DNA of 27,384 bases, taken from the IMG/VR virus record IMGVR_UViG_3300031454_000237, positions 1-27,384 of that record; one strand, 5' to 3'. Shown here one piece after another: positions 17,016 through 26,100 of this stretch. This DNA comes from a virus (taxonomy: Duplodnaviria; Caudoviricetes). Both the position numbers and the translations under genes were made by a program. The notes under the pieces are model-generated. The model was not told where the DNA came from. It did no database searches and saw only the letters and a program-made list of their open reading frames with translations. Positions within the stretch are counted from its first letter, which is position 1; each line of letters starts with the position of its first letter.

Positions 17016-17360
17016 GTGGCCAAGCTGATCGCCAACGTGTGGATCGACGGCCAGTGGTACGGGCCCGCCCACGGCAACGCCAGCGACGTGCCAGTCGACG
17101 TCGCTGAGCAGGTGACGAACCCGGCCTGCTGGGACAAGGCACCGAAGCAGGCCAAGGCGGCGCCCAGCGTCCCCGCATCGCCCCCGGATTCGCCGTCTCC
17201 GGCCCCGTCGGTCGAACGAGGCCTCACCGCCGCACTCGCCGCCCTGCCCGACGACAAGGCCGCCCTGCTCGCCTTCCGTGACGCGCACGACCTCGACGTC
17301 GACGGTCGTCTCGGCGTCGAGAACCTGCGCACCGCGCTCGAAGAGGCCATCACGGAATGA
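17016..17360 (+). CDS. Small virion/head-associated protein
   Basis: AAGGAG SD; VWIDGQWYGP...VAEQVTNPACW domain, Pro linker, short helical C-terminal domain; post-capsid position. Confidence 0.7.
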   Translation: MAKLIANVWIDGQWYGPAHGNASDVPVDVAEQVTNPACWDKAPKQAKAAPSVPASPPDSPSPAPSVERGLTAALAALPDDKAALLAFRDAHDLDVDGRLGVENLRTALEEAITE

Positions 17361-17680
17361 CCGCCATCGACGACGTCCGGGACTGGGTCGGTTCCGAACC
17401 CGACGACGCGACCGTCCTGGAGACTCTCGACCGTTTCGCCGCTATCACTCAGCCGGTCGAGCGTGCAGCGCTCGTGATCCTGCGCCGCCGCCGGGCCGAC
17501 CTGTACGGCGACCGTTCCTTCGCCGTGGCCGGCGACTACAGCCAGACAGCGGCCAGCGTCGAGAACGTGAAGGCGCTGACGGCGTCGATCGCCCGCTTGG
17601 AGGGTCTCGTCGACGGTGAGGCGTCGCCGCCGGCCACGATGACCTCGACGACGCTCTACGGTCGCACCGTCGCCCGCTGA
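17357..17680 (+). CDS. Putative head-to-tail adaptor
   Basis: Size, position and helical VRDWVG.EPDD...ALVILRRRRADL...SFAVAGDYSQ pattern. Confidence 0.6.
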   Translation: MTAIDDVRDWVGSEPDDATVLETLDRFAAITQPVERAALVILRRRRADLYGDRSFAVAGDYSQTAASVENVKALTASIARLEGLVDGEASPPATMTSTTLYGRTVAR

Positions 17681-17690
17681 GGGCCGAGGC

Positions 17691-19265
17691 TTGCCCCAGC
17701 CGAAGGGCAACGACCTAGCTGCCGAGAAGCTGATCCGCGTCTACGAGGCCGCCCACGAGCGTCTCGTCGCCCAGTACGAGGCCGCCGTGCTCGACCCGCG
17801 CCGTGCCCGCCAGACCGCCCGGTTGCGCGAACTCATCAAGACCAACGAAGTCGTCGTCGACGGGCTCGTCAATGCGTCACGGGACTGGATCGCCGCCACT
17901 CTGCCCGAACTTCACGGCGCTGGGGCTACTGCTGCGGCGGACATCATCGGCTCGGCGTTTCAATGGACGACACCGCACTACGACGCCGTGGAGCAGATCG
18001 CCCAGCGCACGTGGGTCGACATCGCCACCAGGCTCCGGGACGTCCGCAGCGACACCCGCAAGGCGCTACAGCAGCAGGTCGGCGACGCCACCCGGTCGGC
18101 GCTGCTCGAGAACAAGACGGCGACCCAGGCCGGCCGTGACCTGGCGAAGGAGGCGGCGTCGCAGGGCCTGTTCTCCGTCGAGTACTCGAACGGCGCCCGC
18201 CACACGATCCGGGACTACGCCGACTCGGTGATCCGCACCACCACGGCCGAGGCGTACAACCGGGGCAGCGTCACGCAGTGCCGGGTCGACGGCATCGAGT
18301 ACGTGGAGTACCTCGACGGTGCCGGTTGCGGGGTCGGGCCCGGGCACAACGTCGGACCGGAGGCGAACGGGTTGATCGTCCCGCTCGACGAGGTGGTGTA
18401 CCTGAGTCATCCCCGGTGCAGGAGAGCCATATCCCCTGCCGTCGATGGGCCGGCGTCGAAAGCGGCCAAGGATCGGATGATCGGCGACGCTCGGCCACCG
18501 GAGCCAGAGAAGGTGCCAGCACGGCCAGCACGGGAGCCGCGGACGCCGAGACAGCAGCGCCAGGCACCGACCGCGGGGCCGACGCCATGGAAGGACCAGA
18601 CGACGCCCAAGGGGGCCACCGATCAGCTGATCGCCCGCCACGGAACCGACGCGATCGGCCCGAGATCCATCGGATTCTCGGGCATGAACGGTGGGGTCGC
18701 AAACGATGCCGCCAAGGCACTCGACGACATGCTCACCAGGTTCCCTCGGTCCGGGGAAAGCGTGCGAGTTGTTGGCTCTTCCAGCCACGTCAGCGGATGG
18801 CTCAAAGGCTCGGAGGGGCGAACGGCGCCGAGGATGCGCAAGGGCGTGATGGGGGATGCCCAGCAGGCGCGTGGATGGATACGGCTCAGCCAGTCGTTCA
18901 AGAGTCGAGAGGCCATCTCGTCGACATGGGAGAGGGCTGTTGCCCGAGGATGGTTCCCCCAAGGGACCGATGGCATGGGGTCCGTGGTCCGACATGAGTT
19001 CGGTCACCACATGGACTTCCTGGCTACCAAGAACGGCGGCGAGGCATACAGGCGCGCGATCAGCGATGTCTTGGCCGACTTCACCGCTGAGGACGGGGTC
19101 ACGGTGCGAACCCTGCTGAGCCGGTACTCCGCGAAGAACGACAAGGAGTTGATGGCCGAAGCGGTTAGCGAGGCGACCTCATCGCCCTCGCCTCGCCCGT
19201 TCGCTCGGGCCCTATTCGATGTGCTGCTGGACTACACTGAGCGATGGAAAGGCACCGTGACGTGA
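17691..19265 (+). CDS. MuF-like minor capsid protein with C-terminal zincin-like metallopeptidase domain
   Basis: YADSVIRTTTAEAYNRG...GAGC...SHPRCRRAI (MuF core); C-terminal VVRHEFGH (HEFGH at 18993-19007) and LSRYSAKNDKELMAEAV; TTG start. Confidence 0.82.
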   Translation: MPQPKGNDLAAEKLIRVYEAAHERLVAQYEAAVLDPRRARQTARLRELIKTNEVVVDGLVNASRDWIAATLPELHGAGATAAADIIGSAFQWTTPHYDAVEQIAQRTWVDIATRLRDVRSDTRKALQQQVGDATRSALLENKTATQAGRDLAKEAASQGLFSVEYSNGARHTIRDYADSVIRTTTAEAYNRGSVTQCRVDGIEYVEYLDGAGCGVGPGHNVGPEANGLIVPLDEVVYLSHPRCRRAISPAVDGPASKAAKDRMIGDARPPEPEKVPARPAREPRTPRQQRQAPTAGPTPWKDQTTPKGATDQLIARHGTDAIGPRSIGFSGMNGGVANDAAKALDDMLTRFPRSGESVRVVGSSSHVSGWLKGSEGRTAPRMRKGVMGDAQQARGWIRLSQSFKSREAISSTWERAVARGWFPQGTDGMGSVVRHEFGHHMDFLATKNGGEAYRRAISDVLADFTAEDGVTVRTLLSRYSAKNDKELMAEAVSEATSSPSPRPFARALFDVLLDYTERWKGTVT

Positions 19266-19483
19266 CCACTCCAATAGAACCGCTCTGCGATGCGTGCTCT
19301 CGCCTTCGGGACGCTGATTCGCACCCGACGTGCGAAGCGTTCCCCGATGGCATCCCTGACGCCATCTACTTCGAGGCGTTCGACCACCGTGATCCCTTCC
19401 CCGGTGACAACGGCGTCAGGTTCGTTCCGTCCGGCGAAGCCCTCGACCTCGTGGACCTGTACGACTCTCTCTCTGCATCCTGA
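19262..19483 (+). CDS. Small Cys/His protein (CxxC...CEAFPDGIP...DH), candidate partner/immunity protein of the MuF peptidase
   Basis: GTGA-coupled to the MuF stop; CDAC, CEAFPDGIPDAI, FDHRDPFPGDNGVRF. Confidence 0.75.
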   Translation: MTTPIEPLCDACSRLRDADSHPTCEAFPDGIPDAIYFEAFDHRDPFPGDNGVRFVPSGEALDLVDLYDSLSAS

Positions 19484-19509
19484 CCTCATAGCCGGCACCG
19501 CCCAACGGT
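19474..19509 (+). promoter_or_regulatory. Candidate late promoter copy 3 (leaderless)
   Basis: TGCATCC-N23-AACGGT-N6-ATG(19516); no SD. Confidence 0.65.
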
Positions 19510-19515
19510 GCACTG

Positions 19516-19860
19516 ATGGACACGCCCGGCCAGCAGGTCCCGTTCCGCATCGACCTGAACGCCACGCCGCCGGTCGTGGAGATCGGCGGCGTCGACGTGG
19601 CCGACCGCATCGGCGGCGTCACCGTCGAGATGGGCTACGGCCAGCCGACCACGCTTACCGTCTCTGGCCACCGCCCGGGCTTGCTCGAAGGCATGGGCAG
19701 TGTCGTGGTCGAAGGCGAGCATCCAAGCCCGCCGGAGTTCCTTGTCGGCGTCGATCCCGATGAGCTCGAACGGGCGGTGATGGCCGGCCCGATGGAGTGC
19801 GAGACCATGGCCGCCAACTACCTCGCCGTGCTGCTCGACATGGCAAAGGAGTGGTCGTGA
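19516..19860 (+). CDS. Hypothetical protein
   Basis: Phage-like codon usage; GTGA-coupled to the next gene. Confidence 0.7.
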   Translation: MDTPGQQVPFRIDLNATPPVVEIGGVDVADRIGGVTVEMGYGQPTTLTVSGHRPGLLEGMGSVVVEGEHPSPPEFLVGVDPDELERAVMAGPMECETMAANYLAVLLDMAKEWS

Positions 19861-20282
19861 TCCCCGGCGTCGAGCAGGCACGCCGCACCGCCCGCAGCAC
19901 ACTCACCAGCACGTGCTCCATCACCCGTGTGGACCGCAGCGCTCCCCGCACCGTCGACCCCGTGACCCTCGCCATCGGCAGTCAGGCCGACCTACCCGTC
20001 TGGTCCGGTCCGTGCTCAGCGTCACCGGCCGGCGAGGGTGACAACGCCACCATGACCGGCAGCATCGACGGACGCCTCGACTCCCACGTGGTGCGCATGC
20101 CCGCCGATGCACCGATGATCATCGCCGGCGACGCCGTCACCATCACCGCCGTCGGCCCCGAGGCGGACCCGACGCTGCTCGACCGCGTCCTCGTCGTCCG
20201 AGACGCCACGACTCGTTCCACATCCGTGCTGCGCCGCCTGCTTTGTCTGGAACGCACCGACGCTGAGGGGGTGCCCCGATGA
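19857..20282 (+). CDS. Head-to-tail stopper/closure protein (DUF6093-like)
   Basis: LTSTCSITR...VWSGPC...GDAVTIT...DPTLLDR; AAGGAG SD before the GTG. Confidence 0.72.
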   Translation: MIPGVEQARRTARSTLTSTCSITRVDRSAPRTVDPVTLAIGSQADLPVWSGPCSASPAGEGDNATMTGSIDGRLDSHVVRMPADAPMIIAGDAVTITAVGPEADPTLLDRVLVVRDATTRSTSVLRRLLCLERTDAEGVPR

Positions 20283-20665
20283 GCACCCCGAACCAAGTGG
20301 CCGCTGATCTGCTCGGCGTCTCCGCCAAGACCTCCTTGGCCATCCACGGTGTCGTGGTCGTCTACACCGCCCGACTCCAGAACGCTGTGCAGCGCAACGC
20401 CTCCGGTCGCCCGGGACCGAACGCCCCGACCGGCAACTACCGGCGCTCCATCAACCGGCGCACCGTTAGGCGGGTAGCGGAGAGCGAGGGCGGCGTGGGG
20501 AGTTCTGCACCTCAGGCCAGACGCCTCGAGCTGGGGTTCAACGGCAGCGACGCCCTCGGCCGCAACTACAACCAGCCCGCCTTCCCTCACTTCAGCCCTG
20601 CCCTCGACGAGATCGAACCCCAGTTCCGAGATGCCGTCGAGGCCGCGGCCTGGCCGGGCCCATGA
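20279..20665 (+). CDS. HK97 gp10-like neck/tail-completion protein
   Basis: GRPGPNAPTGNYRRSI...ARRLELGF...QPAFPHFSPALD. Confidence 0.78.
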   Translation: MSTPNQVAADLLGVSAKTSLAIHGVVVVYTARLQNAVQRNASGRPGPNAPTGNYRRSINRRTVRRVAESEGGVGSSAPQARRLELGFNGSDALGRNYNQPAFPHFSPALDEIEPQFRDAVEAAAWPGP

Positions 20666-21084
20666 TCCCCGCTCACGAAGTCGCAGCCGGCGTCCTCGCC
20701 CGCCTCCGGGCCACCGGTCGCACCGTGCACGACCTCGTCGCCCCGGTCGGCACGCCCGCCCCGTACGCCGTGCTGGAGTATCCGCCGGGCCCGACGACGA
20801 GCGACGGTGACCTCGACGACCCGGAGTCCGATCTTGCCTGGCGGTGCCGGATCCGGTGCATCGGCGCCGACTCCACAGCCCCGGCCACCATCGACGGTGC
20901 ACGCGAACAAGCGCAGCGGCTCGCCCACCAGATGAAAGCCGCCGTCCTCGATCGCGGCACGCTGATCAGTGGCACGACGTGGACTGTTGCGGCCCGTGAA
21001 CACCTCGCGCACGGTGGCACCGACCACTCCGGTCCGATCGTCAACGTCGTCGACGACTTCGATCTCTGGATCGTCCCGGTCTGA
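20662..21084 (+). CDS. Putative tail terminator
   Basis: 140 aa, VHDLVAPVGTPAPYAVL pattern, synteny before the tail tube gene. Confidence 0.68.
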   Translation: MIPAHEVAAGVLARLRATGRTVHDLVAPVGTPAPYAVLEYPPGPTTSDGDLDDPESDLAWRCRIRCIGADSTAPATIDGAREQAQRLAHQMKAAVLDRGTLISGTTWTVAAREHLAHGGTDHSGPIVNVVDDFDLWIVPV

Positions 21085-21093
21085 GTTCGCCCC

Positions 21094-21129
21094 TGCATCC
21101 GTGATGGCTGCACGGATCAGACGGACAGT
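21094..21129 (+). promoter_or_regulatory. Candidate late promoter copy 4 (tail tube operon)
   Basis: TGCATCC-N23-GACAGT. Confidence 0.65.
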
Positions 21130-21170
21130 GGCGCCCGTGACCGCCACCCTCTGTCCCCGGAGCCGCTGCC

Positions 21171-21488
21171 GTGCCTGAGTCGATCTACCTCACCCACTCC
21201 GAGTCCGAGGGGAGCGTCTATGAGGCGACCTCGCTCGACCAGGCCCAGGCGATGGCCTCGACTGGTTGGAAGCTCGCCTCGCAGTCCGACGTCGACAAGG
21301 CCGCAAAGGCGACCGTCGACTCCCAGAACGCCGCCTACGAGGCCCGCGTGGCGTCCGACGAACGGGTTGTGGTCACAGCGGACTCGAAGCCAAAGGGGTT
21401 CACCCTCGACCGGCCGGCCCCCGGCGACGCCCCCAGCCCATCCCTGTCGGAACCGTCCCCGCCCACCGAGGCCAAGCGCGCCAAGTGA
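21171..21488 (+). CDS. Hypothetical protein preceding the tail tube gene
   Basis: GGAG SD, GTG start, short N-terminal domain with low-complexity tail. Confidence 0.65.
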   Translation: MPESIYLTHSESEGSVYEATSLDQAQAMASTGWKLASQSDVDKAAKATVDSQNAAYEARVASDERVVVTADSKPKGFTLDRPAPGDAPSPSLSEPSPPTEAKRAK

Positions 21489-21546
21489 TGCCCGCCCCCA
21501 CCACCAGCGGCACCGCGGTGCCGGCCCCATCGACCCGGAGTAACTG

Positions 21547-22032
21547 ATGCCACGCAGCAACCTAATCCCCAACGAGAAGTACTACTGGGCGCCGACCATC
21601 ACCAACAAGGCCGCGCCGACCGTCGCTGAGCTCACCACTTCCGGGAAGCTGCTTTCCCCGGCGATCCCCCGTGGTGGCGTCGAGGGGTTCCGGGTTTCCG
21701 CCAGCACCGAGGACGCTGCTGACATCGATACGAAGTACCCGATCGTCGTGTCGGGCATGTACGAGATCGATGACATGTCGATCACGCTCTTCGAGAACAC
21801 CACGGCGGGCTCCGCTGAAGAAGTGATCCTCGCCCTCTTCTCGCTCGACGCCATCGGGTTCGTGGTCATCAGCCGTAACGGACTGGCCGTGGCCGCCAAG
21901 AAGGTCGAGGTTTGGCCGGTGACGATCATCTCCAAGTCCCCGGCGAACCGGGCAGTGAACGAACCGGCCAAGACGATGGTTTCTTTGGCCTTCCGTGACG
22001 TGCCGGAACTGGTCGCCACCGTCGCCGCCTGA
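21547..22032 (+). CDS. Major tail (tube) protein
   Basis: WAPTITNKAAPTVAEL...GFVVISR...KKVEVWPV pattern of actinophage tail tubes; position before the chaperones. Confidence 0.82.
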   Translation: MPRSNLIPNEKYYWAPTITNKAAPTVAELTTSGKLLSPAIPRGGVEGFRVSASTEDAADIDTKYPIVVSGMYEIDDMSITLFENTTAGSAEEVILALFSLDAIGFVVISRNGLAVAAKKVEVWPVTIISKSPANRAVNEPAKTMVSLAFRDVPELVATVAA

Positions 22033-22040
22033 GTCACGTT

Positions 22041-22081
22041 CAGCGGGGCCGGGTGTCTGGGATGGTCGCCCGGCCCCGCTG
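22041..22081 (+). terminator. 13-bp hairpin after the tail tube gene
   Basis: CAGCGGGGCCGGG (22041-22053) / CCCGGCCCCGCTG (22069-22081). Confidence 0.65.
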
Positions 22082-22131
22082 TTGACCATCCGCCCACCAT
22101 CCCTCCATCATCCCAAGGAGAACCACCCCGC

Positions 22132-22701
22132 ATGGACGCCTTCGCTGCCCTCGTGGACCGTAAGCCGGCCACTGATACCGTCATCCTCGCCGCCAACCCT
22201 GACGACGCCCCCAAGCTCACCAAGGCCCGTCTCGCTGTCGCCCGGGCGGAAACCCGTGAGCAGGCAGCCAGAACCCCGGAGGCGAAGGCTGAGGCGGCCG
22301 GTGAGGTCGAGGACACGCGTGCCGCTTACGACGCTCTCAAGGGTGACCTGGCGACGATCACCTTTCACATGCAGGGCATCGGGCCGCACGTCGTCGAGGA
22401 GATCATGCGTGCGCACCCCGCCACGAAAGAGCAGAAAGCCACGGCTCGCAAAGCCAACAACGGCGCCCCGGGCAACAGTTGGAACGACGACACGTTCCCG
22501 CCGGCGATGCTCTCTGCCTGCGTGACCCGCATCGTTCACTCCGATGATGATGTCGCCGATGTGGAGAGCATCGACATCGGCCAGGCCACCGCCATCTGGC
22601 GTTCCACCGGGCTGCCGCTCGGCGACAAAGGCACCCTGTTCATGACGGCGCTCGGACTCGACCAACGCGACTCGGGTGTCGGTGATCTGGGAAACGACTG
22701 A
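22132..22701 (+). CDS. Tail assembly chaperone (gpG-like)
   Basis: AAGGAG SD; HPATKEQ...WNDDTFPPAMLSAC; slippery G GGA AAC near the stop. Confidence 0.8.
   Translation: MDAFAALVDRKPATDTVILAANPDDAPKLTKARLAVARAETREQAARTPEAKAEAAGEVEDTRAAYDALKGDLATITFHMQGIGPHVVEEIMRAHPATKEQKATARKANNGAPGNSWNDDTFPPAMLSACVTRIVHSDDDVADVESIDIGQATAIWRSTGLPLGDKGTLFMTALGLDQRDSGVGDLGND
22689..22695 (+). other. Programmed -1 ribosomal frameshift site
   Basis: G GGA AAC is in frame with the chaperone; the -1 frame is open into the next ORF (RLTEDPAFAAAMRYC...). Confidence 0.82.
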
Positions 22702-23087
22702 CCGAGGATCCGGCGTTCGCCGCAGCGATGCGGTACTGCGGTCCCCTCGGTATCGCCTACAGCGTGTGGCTGGGTATCGGCGACAGCTGGGACGGGTACA
22801 GCCGGGCAGCAGCCATGGCCTGGCAGGCCCGGGAGGACGACCGTTGCGACGGATGCGGTCAGCAACGCTCCGACTGGCTCGACGAGGACGGCATGATCCT
22901 GCAGGAACCTCCGTTCACGATGGTCGAGATCTCGTGCCCGTCGTGCGCCGAGAAAGAGCGCTACGAACGCGAAGCCCAGGAAGAGCAGAAGGATGGGATC
23001 ATACCGATCGCCGGTCTGAACCTCGCGTTCCGGCGTCTGACTGCATCCGAACTAGAGGCGCGAGCGGCCGACACCGTGCCCGAGTGA
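22695..23087 (+). CDS. Tail assembly chaperone frameshift extension (gpGT-like C-terminal part)
   Basis: -1 frame relative to 22132-22701; ATG 22728 lacks an SD; two CxxC motifs (CDGC, CPSC). Confidence 0.78.
   Translation, partial: RLTEDPAFAAAMRYCGPLGIAYSVWLGIGDSWDGYSRAAAMAWQAREDDRCDGCGQQRSDWLDEDGMILQEPPFTMVEISCPSCAEKERYEREAQEEQKDGIIPIAGLNLAFRRLTASELEARAADTVPE
23042..23077 (+). promoter_or_regulatory. Candidate late promoter copy 5 (tape measure operon)
   Basis: TGCATCC-N23-CACCGT inside the 3' end of the chaperone extension. Confidence 0.62.
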
Positions 23088-23106
23088 CCGCCCCCGGAGC
23101 GACCTA

Positions 23107-26100
23107 ATGGGCGGGGCATGGCGCACGATCTCCGTGGCCCTCAAGGCGGACACATCCGGCTACCTCGGACCCCTCGGCACTGCGTCGGCGGCGACCCGCA
23201 AGATGGGTTCCGAGGTCGACTCGAGCACGAAGAAGGCCGGCTCGAGCTGGCTGTCGCTGAACAAGATCGTGAAGGTCGGCGCCGCCGGGATGGTGCTGGC
23301 CGTCGGTGCGTTCCTCGGCGCCTCGATCTCTGCGGCGTCGAAGTTCGAGTCCGGCATGTCGGCCATAGGTGCCGTCTCCGGTGCGACCGCCAGCGAGATG
23401 GACATGCTGCGCGAGAAGGCGCTGCAGCTTGGTGCCGACACGTCGTTCTCCGCCTCTGAGGCGGCGTCGGCCATGGAGGAACTGGCCAAGGCCGGCGTGC
23501 CCGTCGAGGGGATCATGAACGGGGCCGCCGACGCCACGGTGGCCCTTGCTGCGGCTGGCGGCATCGCCCTGCCTGAGGCGGCGGCGATCGCCGCGAACGC
23601 CATGAACCAGTTCAACCTGTCCGCCTCGGATCTGCCTGGCATAGCGGACAAGATCGCCGGAGCCGCCAACGCCTCGTCCATCGACGTATCCGACTTCGGT
23701 ATGTCGATGTCGCAGGTCGGAGCCGTCGCCAACCTGGTCGGGTTCAGTTTCGATGACACCGCTCTGGCCATCACCGCGATGGGTAACGCCGGCATCAAAG
23801 GTTCCGATGCCGGTACGTCTCTAAAGACGATGTTTATGCGTCTGGAGCCCAGCACGGAGAAGGCCACCGGGCTGATGGCCGACCTCGGGATCATCACCGC
23901 TGACGGCTCCAACAAGTTCTTCGACGCCGCCGGCAACGCCAAGTCCATGGCCGAGGTCTCCGGTGTGCTGGCCACGGCGCTCGAGGGCCAGTCGAACCAG
24001 CAGAAGCTCGCCACGCTCAACACCCTGTTCGGCTCCGACGCCATCCGGGGCGCCGCAGTGGTGGCCGAGCTGGGAGCCGACGGGTTCAACAAGCTCAACA
24101 CCGAAGTCGGCAAGGTGACCGCGGCCGAGGTGGCCGCCGAGCGAATGAACAACCTGAAGGGCTCCTTGGAGCAGCTGAGTGGGTCGGTCGAGACCCTGAT
24201 GATCAAGGTCGGCTCCAACTTGACCCCGTTTCTGCGCGACGCCGCAGACGGGGCCACGACCTTCGTCAACGCCATCTCGTCGGGTGACCTGGCCGGCACC
24301 TTCCTTGATCCGGTCCTCGACGCGGCCCGCAACCTGGAGCCGGCGTGGCGCAACGTCGTTGACATCGGCGGGGACCTGGCCAACATCCTCGGTGAGGTCG
24401 GTGGCTTCGTGGGTCCGCTGGCCGCCGACATGGCCAAGCTCGCTGCGGCGGCCGGGATCGTCGGCTTGTCGGTCCTCGCCTCGGGGCTGTCGTCGCTGAC
24501 CGGGTTCCTCGCCGAAAACGAGGGCCTGGTGCGGGCCCTGACATTGGCGCTGGTCGGACTGGCTGCGGTGAAGGGGTTCTCGGCGCTGTCGTCGGCGGCG
24601 GAGACCTTGGCGCTCAAGTTCCTGTACGCCCGCGACGCCATGGTCGCTACATCAGCGGTCCAGTTCGGGTCGACGGTTCTCAGCCAGCTCAAGCTCATCG
24701 GCACCGGTCTCGCCACCATGACCAGCTCGGCATCCACCGGGTTCGGGATGATCAAACAAGGGGCCAGCGGTCTGGCGTCAGCGTTCCTCACCCCGGCGGC
24801 CGGCATCGCAGGGATGGCCGTGGTTCTCGCCGGCATCGCGACGGCCTTCAACAACGCCAAGAAGAAGGGCAAGGAGTTCGCCGATTCGCTGTCCGACGGG
24901 GTCCGCTACAACGACCTGGAAAGCCTGTCGACCGCCATCGGCAATGCTGCTCCGCAAGTGGGCGCGCTGAACGACAAATGGGGCGGCATGAACAACACGC
25001 TCGACAGCCTCATCGCCACCCACGAAGTGCTGAACCCCATGGTCGCCAACACCTTCCTGGAAACGAAGGAGGGTGCCGAACAGGGCCAGGCAGCGCTTGA
25101 TGCCTTGCGTGACCGCTACGACACGCTGGGCGACGCCGTCGAGGCCGCCTCCTCCGCGACCGGGCTGTCCGGTGACGTCGTCGAGCGGTGGATCCAGAAG
25201 CTCAAGATCCCCGAAGACCGCCTCGGCGACCTCGACTACGTCGCTGCAAAGGTCAAGGCGGCATCCGACGCGGCCGCCACCGGGACCCCGGCGACCCAAA
25301 CCCTCACCGAGGCCGTTGCCATCCTGGCCGACGAGACAGCCAACGCCACCGACCGCATGGAAGCCTTCAAGGACGCCATGGACGCGGCCCTCGGCATCCC
25401 GAAGAACCTCGCCGATGCTCAGCGGGAATGGCAGCAGTCCATCCGCGACACCAGTGCTGCCCTCTACGAGCTGGTCGGTACTGACCCTGCGGCCTTCGCC
25501 GCTGGCGGCGCCGAAGCCTTCGACCTGCTCACCGCTTCGGGGCTGGCCACCGACGCAGCGTTCTCCGGGCTCGTCGACAACGGCTATGCGGTCGCTGAGT
25601 CCATGGCCGCCGCTGGCAACTCGAAGGGGGCCACCGACGCCCTGATGGCCACCCGTGCCGAGGTGATCCGGCTCGGTGAGTCCTTCGGCATCCCGACCGC
25701 AGAACTGGAGGGCTACCTGCAGAAGATCGGGCTCACCCCCGAGCAGATCAACACCTTCGTACAGCTCAACGGGGCCGACGCGGCAGCAGCCGAGTTCCAG
25801 AACGTGTTCCCCAACGAACTGGTGATGAAGGTCGTTGCGAACGCCGTGATGGCCAGCGCCGATTCCGACCTCAACAACCTGGCCGCCCGGACCCGGATCG
25901 CCACTGTTGTCGCCAACGCCATCACCGGCAAGGCCGAATATGGACTGAGAAACGTCACCGACAAGCGATGGGTCACTCAGGTCATTCTCGATGCTCTGAC
26001 CAACGACGCCACCATCGACTTGCGTACCGTGGAGGGTCAGGAGCGCATCGCCCTGATCGTCGCTCAAACCTTCGGTGTCGACACGGCCAACGCCGAGATC

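Noticed and set aside
23160-26067. Long minus-strand ORFs (570 aa and 429 aa)
   Set aside because: Antisense shadows of the GC-rich tape measure gene, which the track omitted because it has no stop in the window
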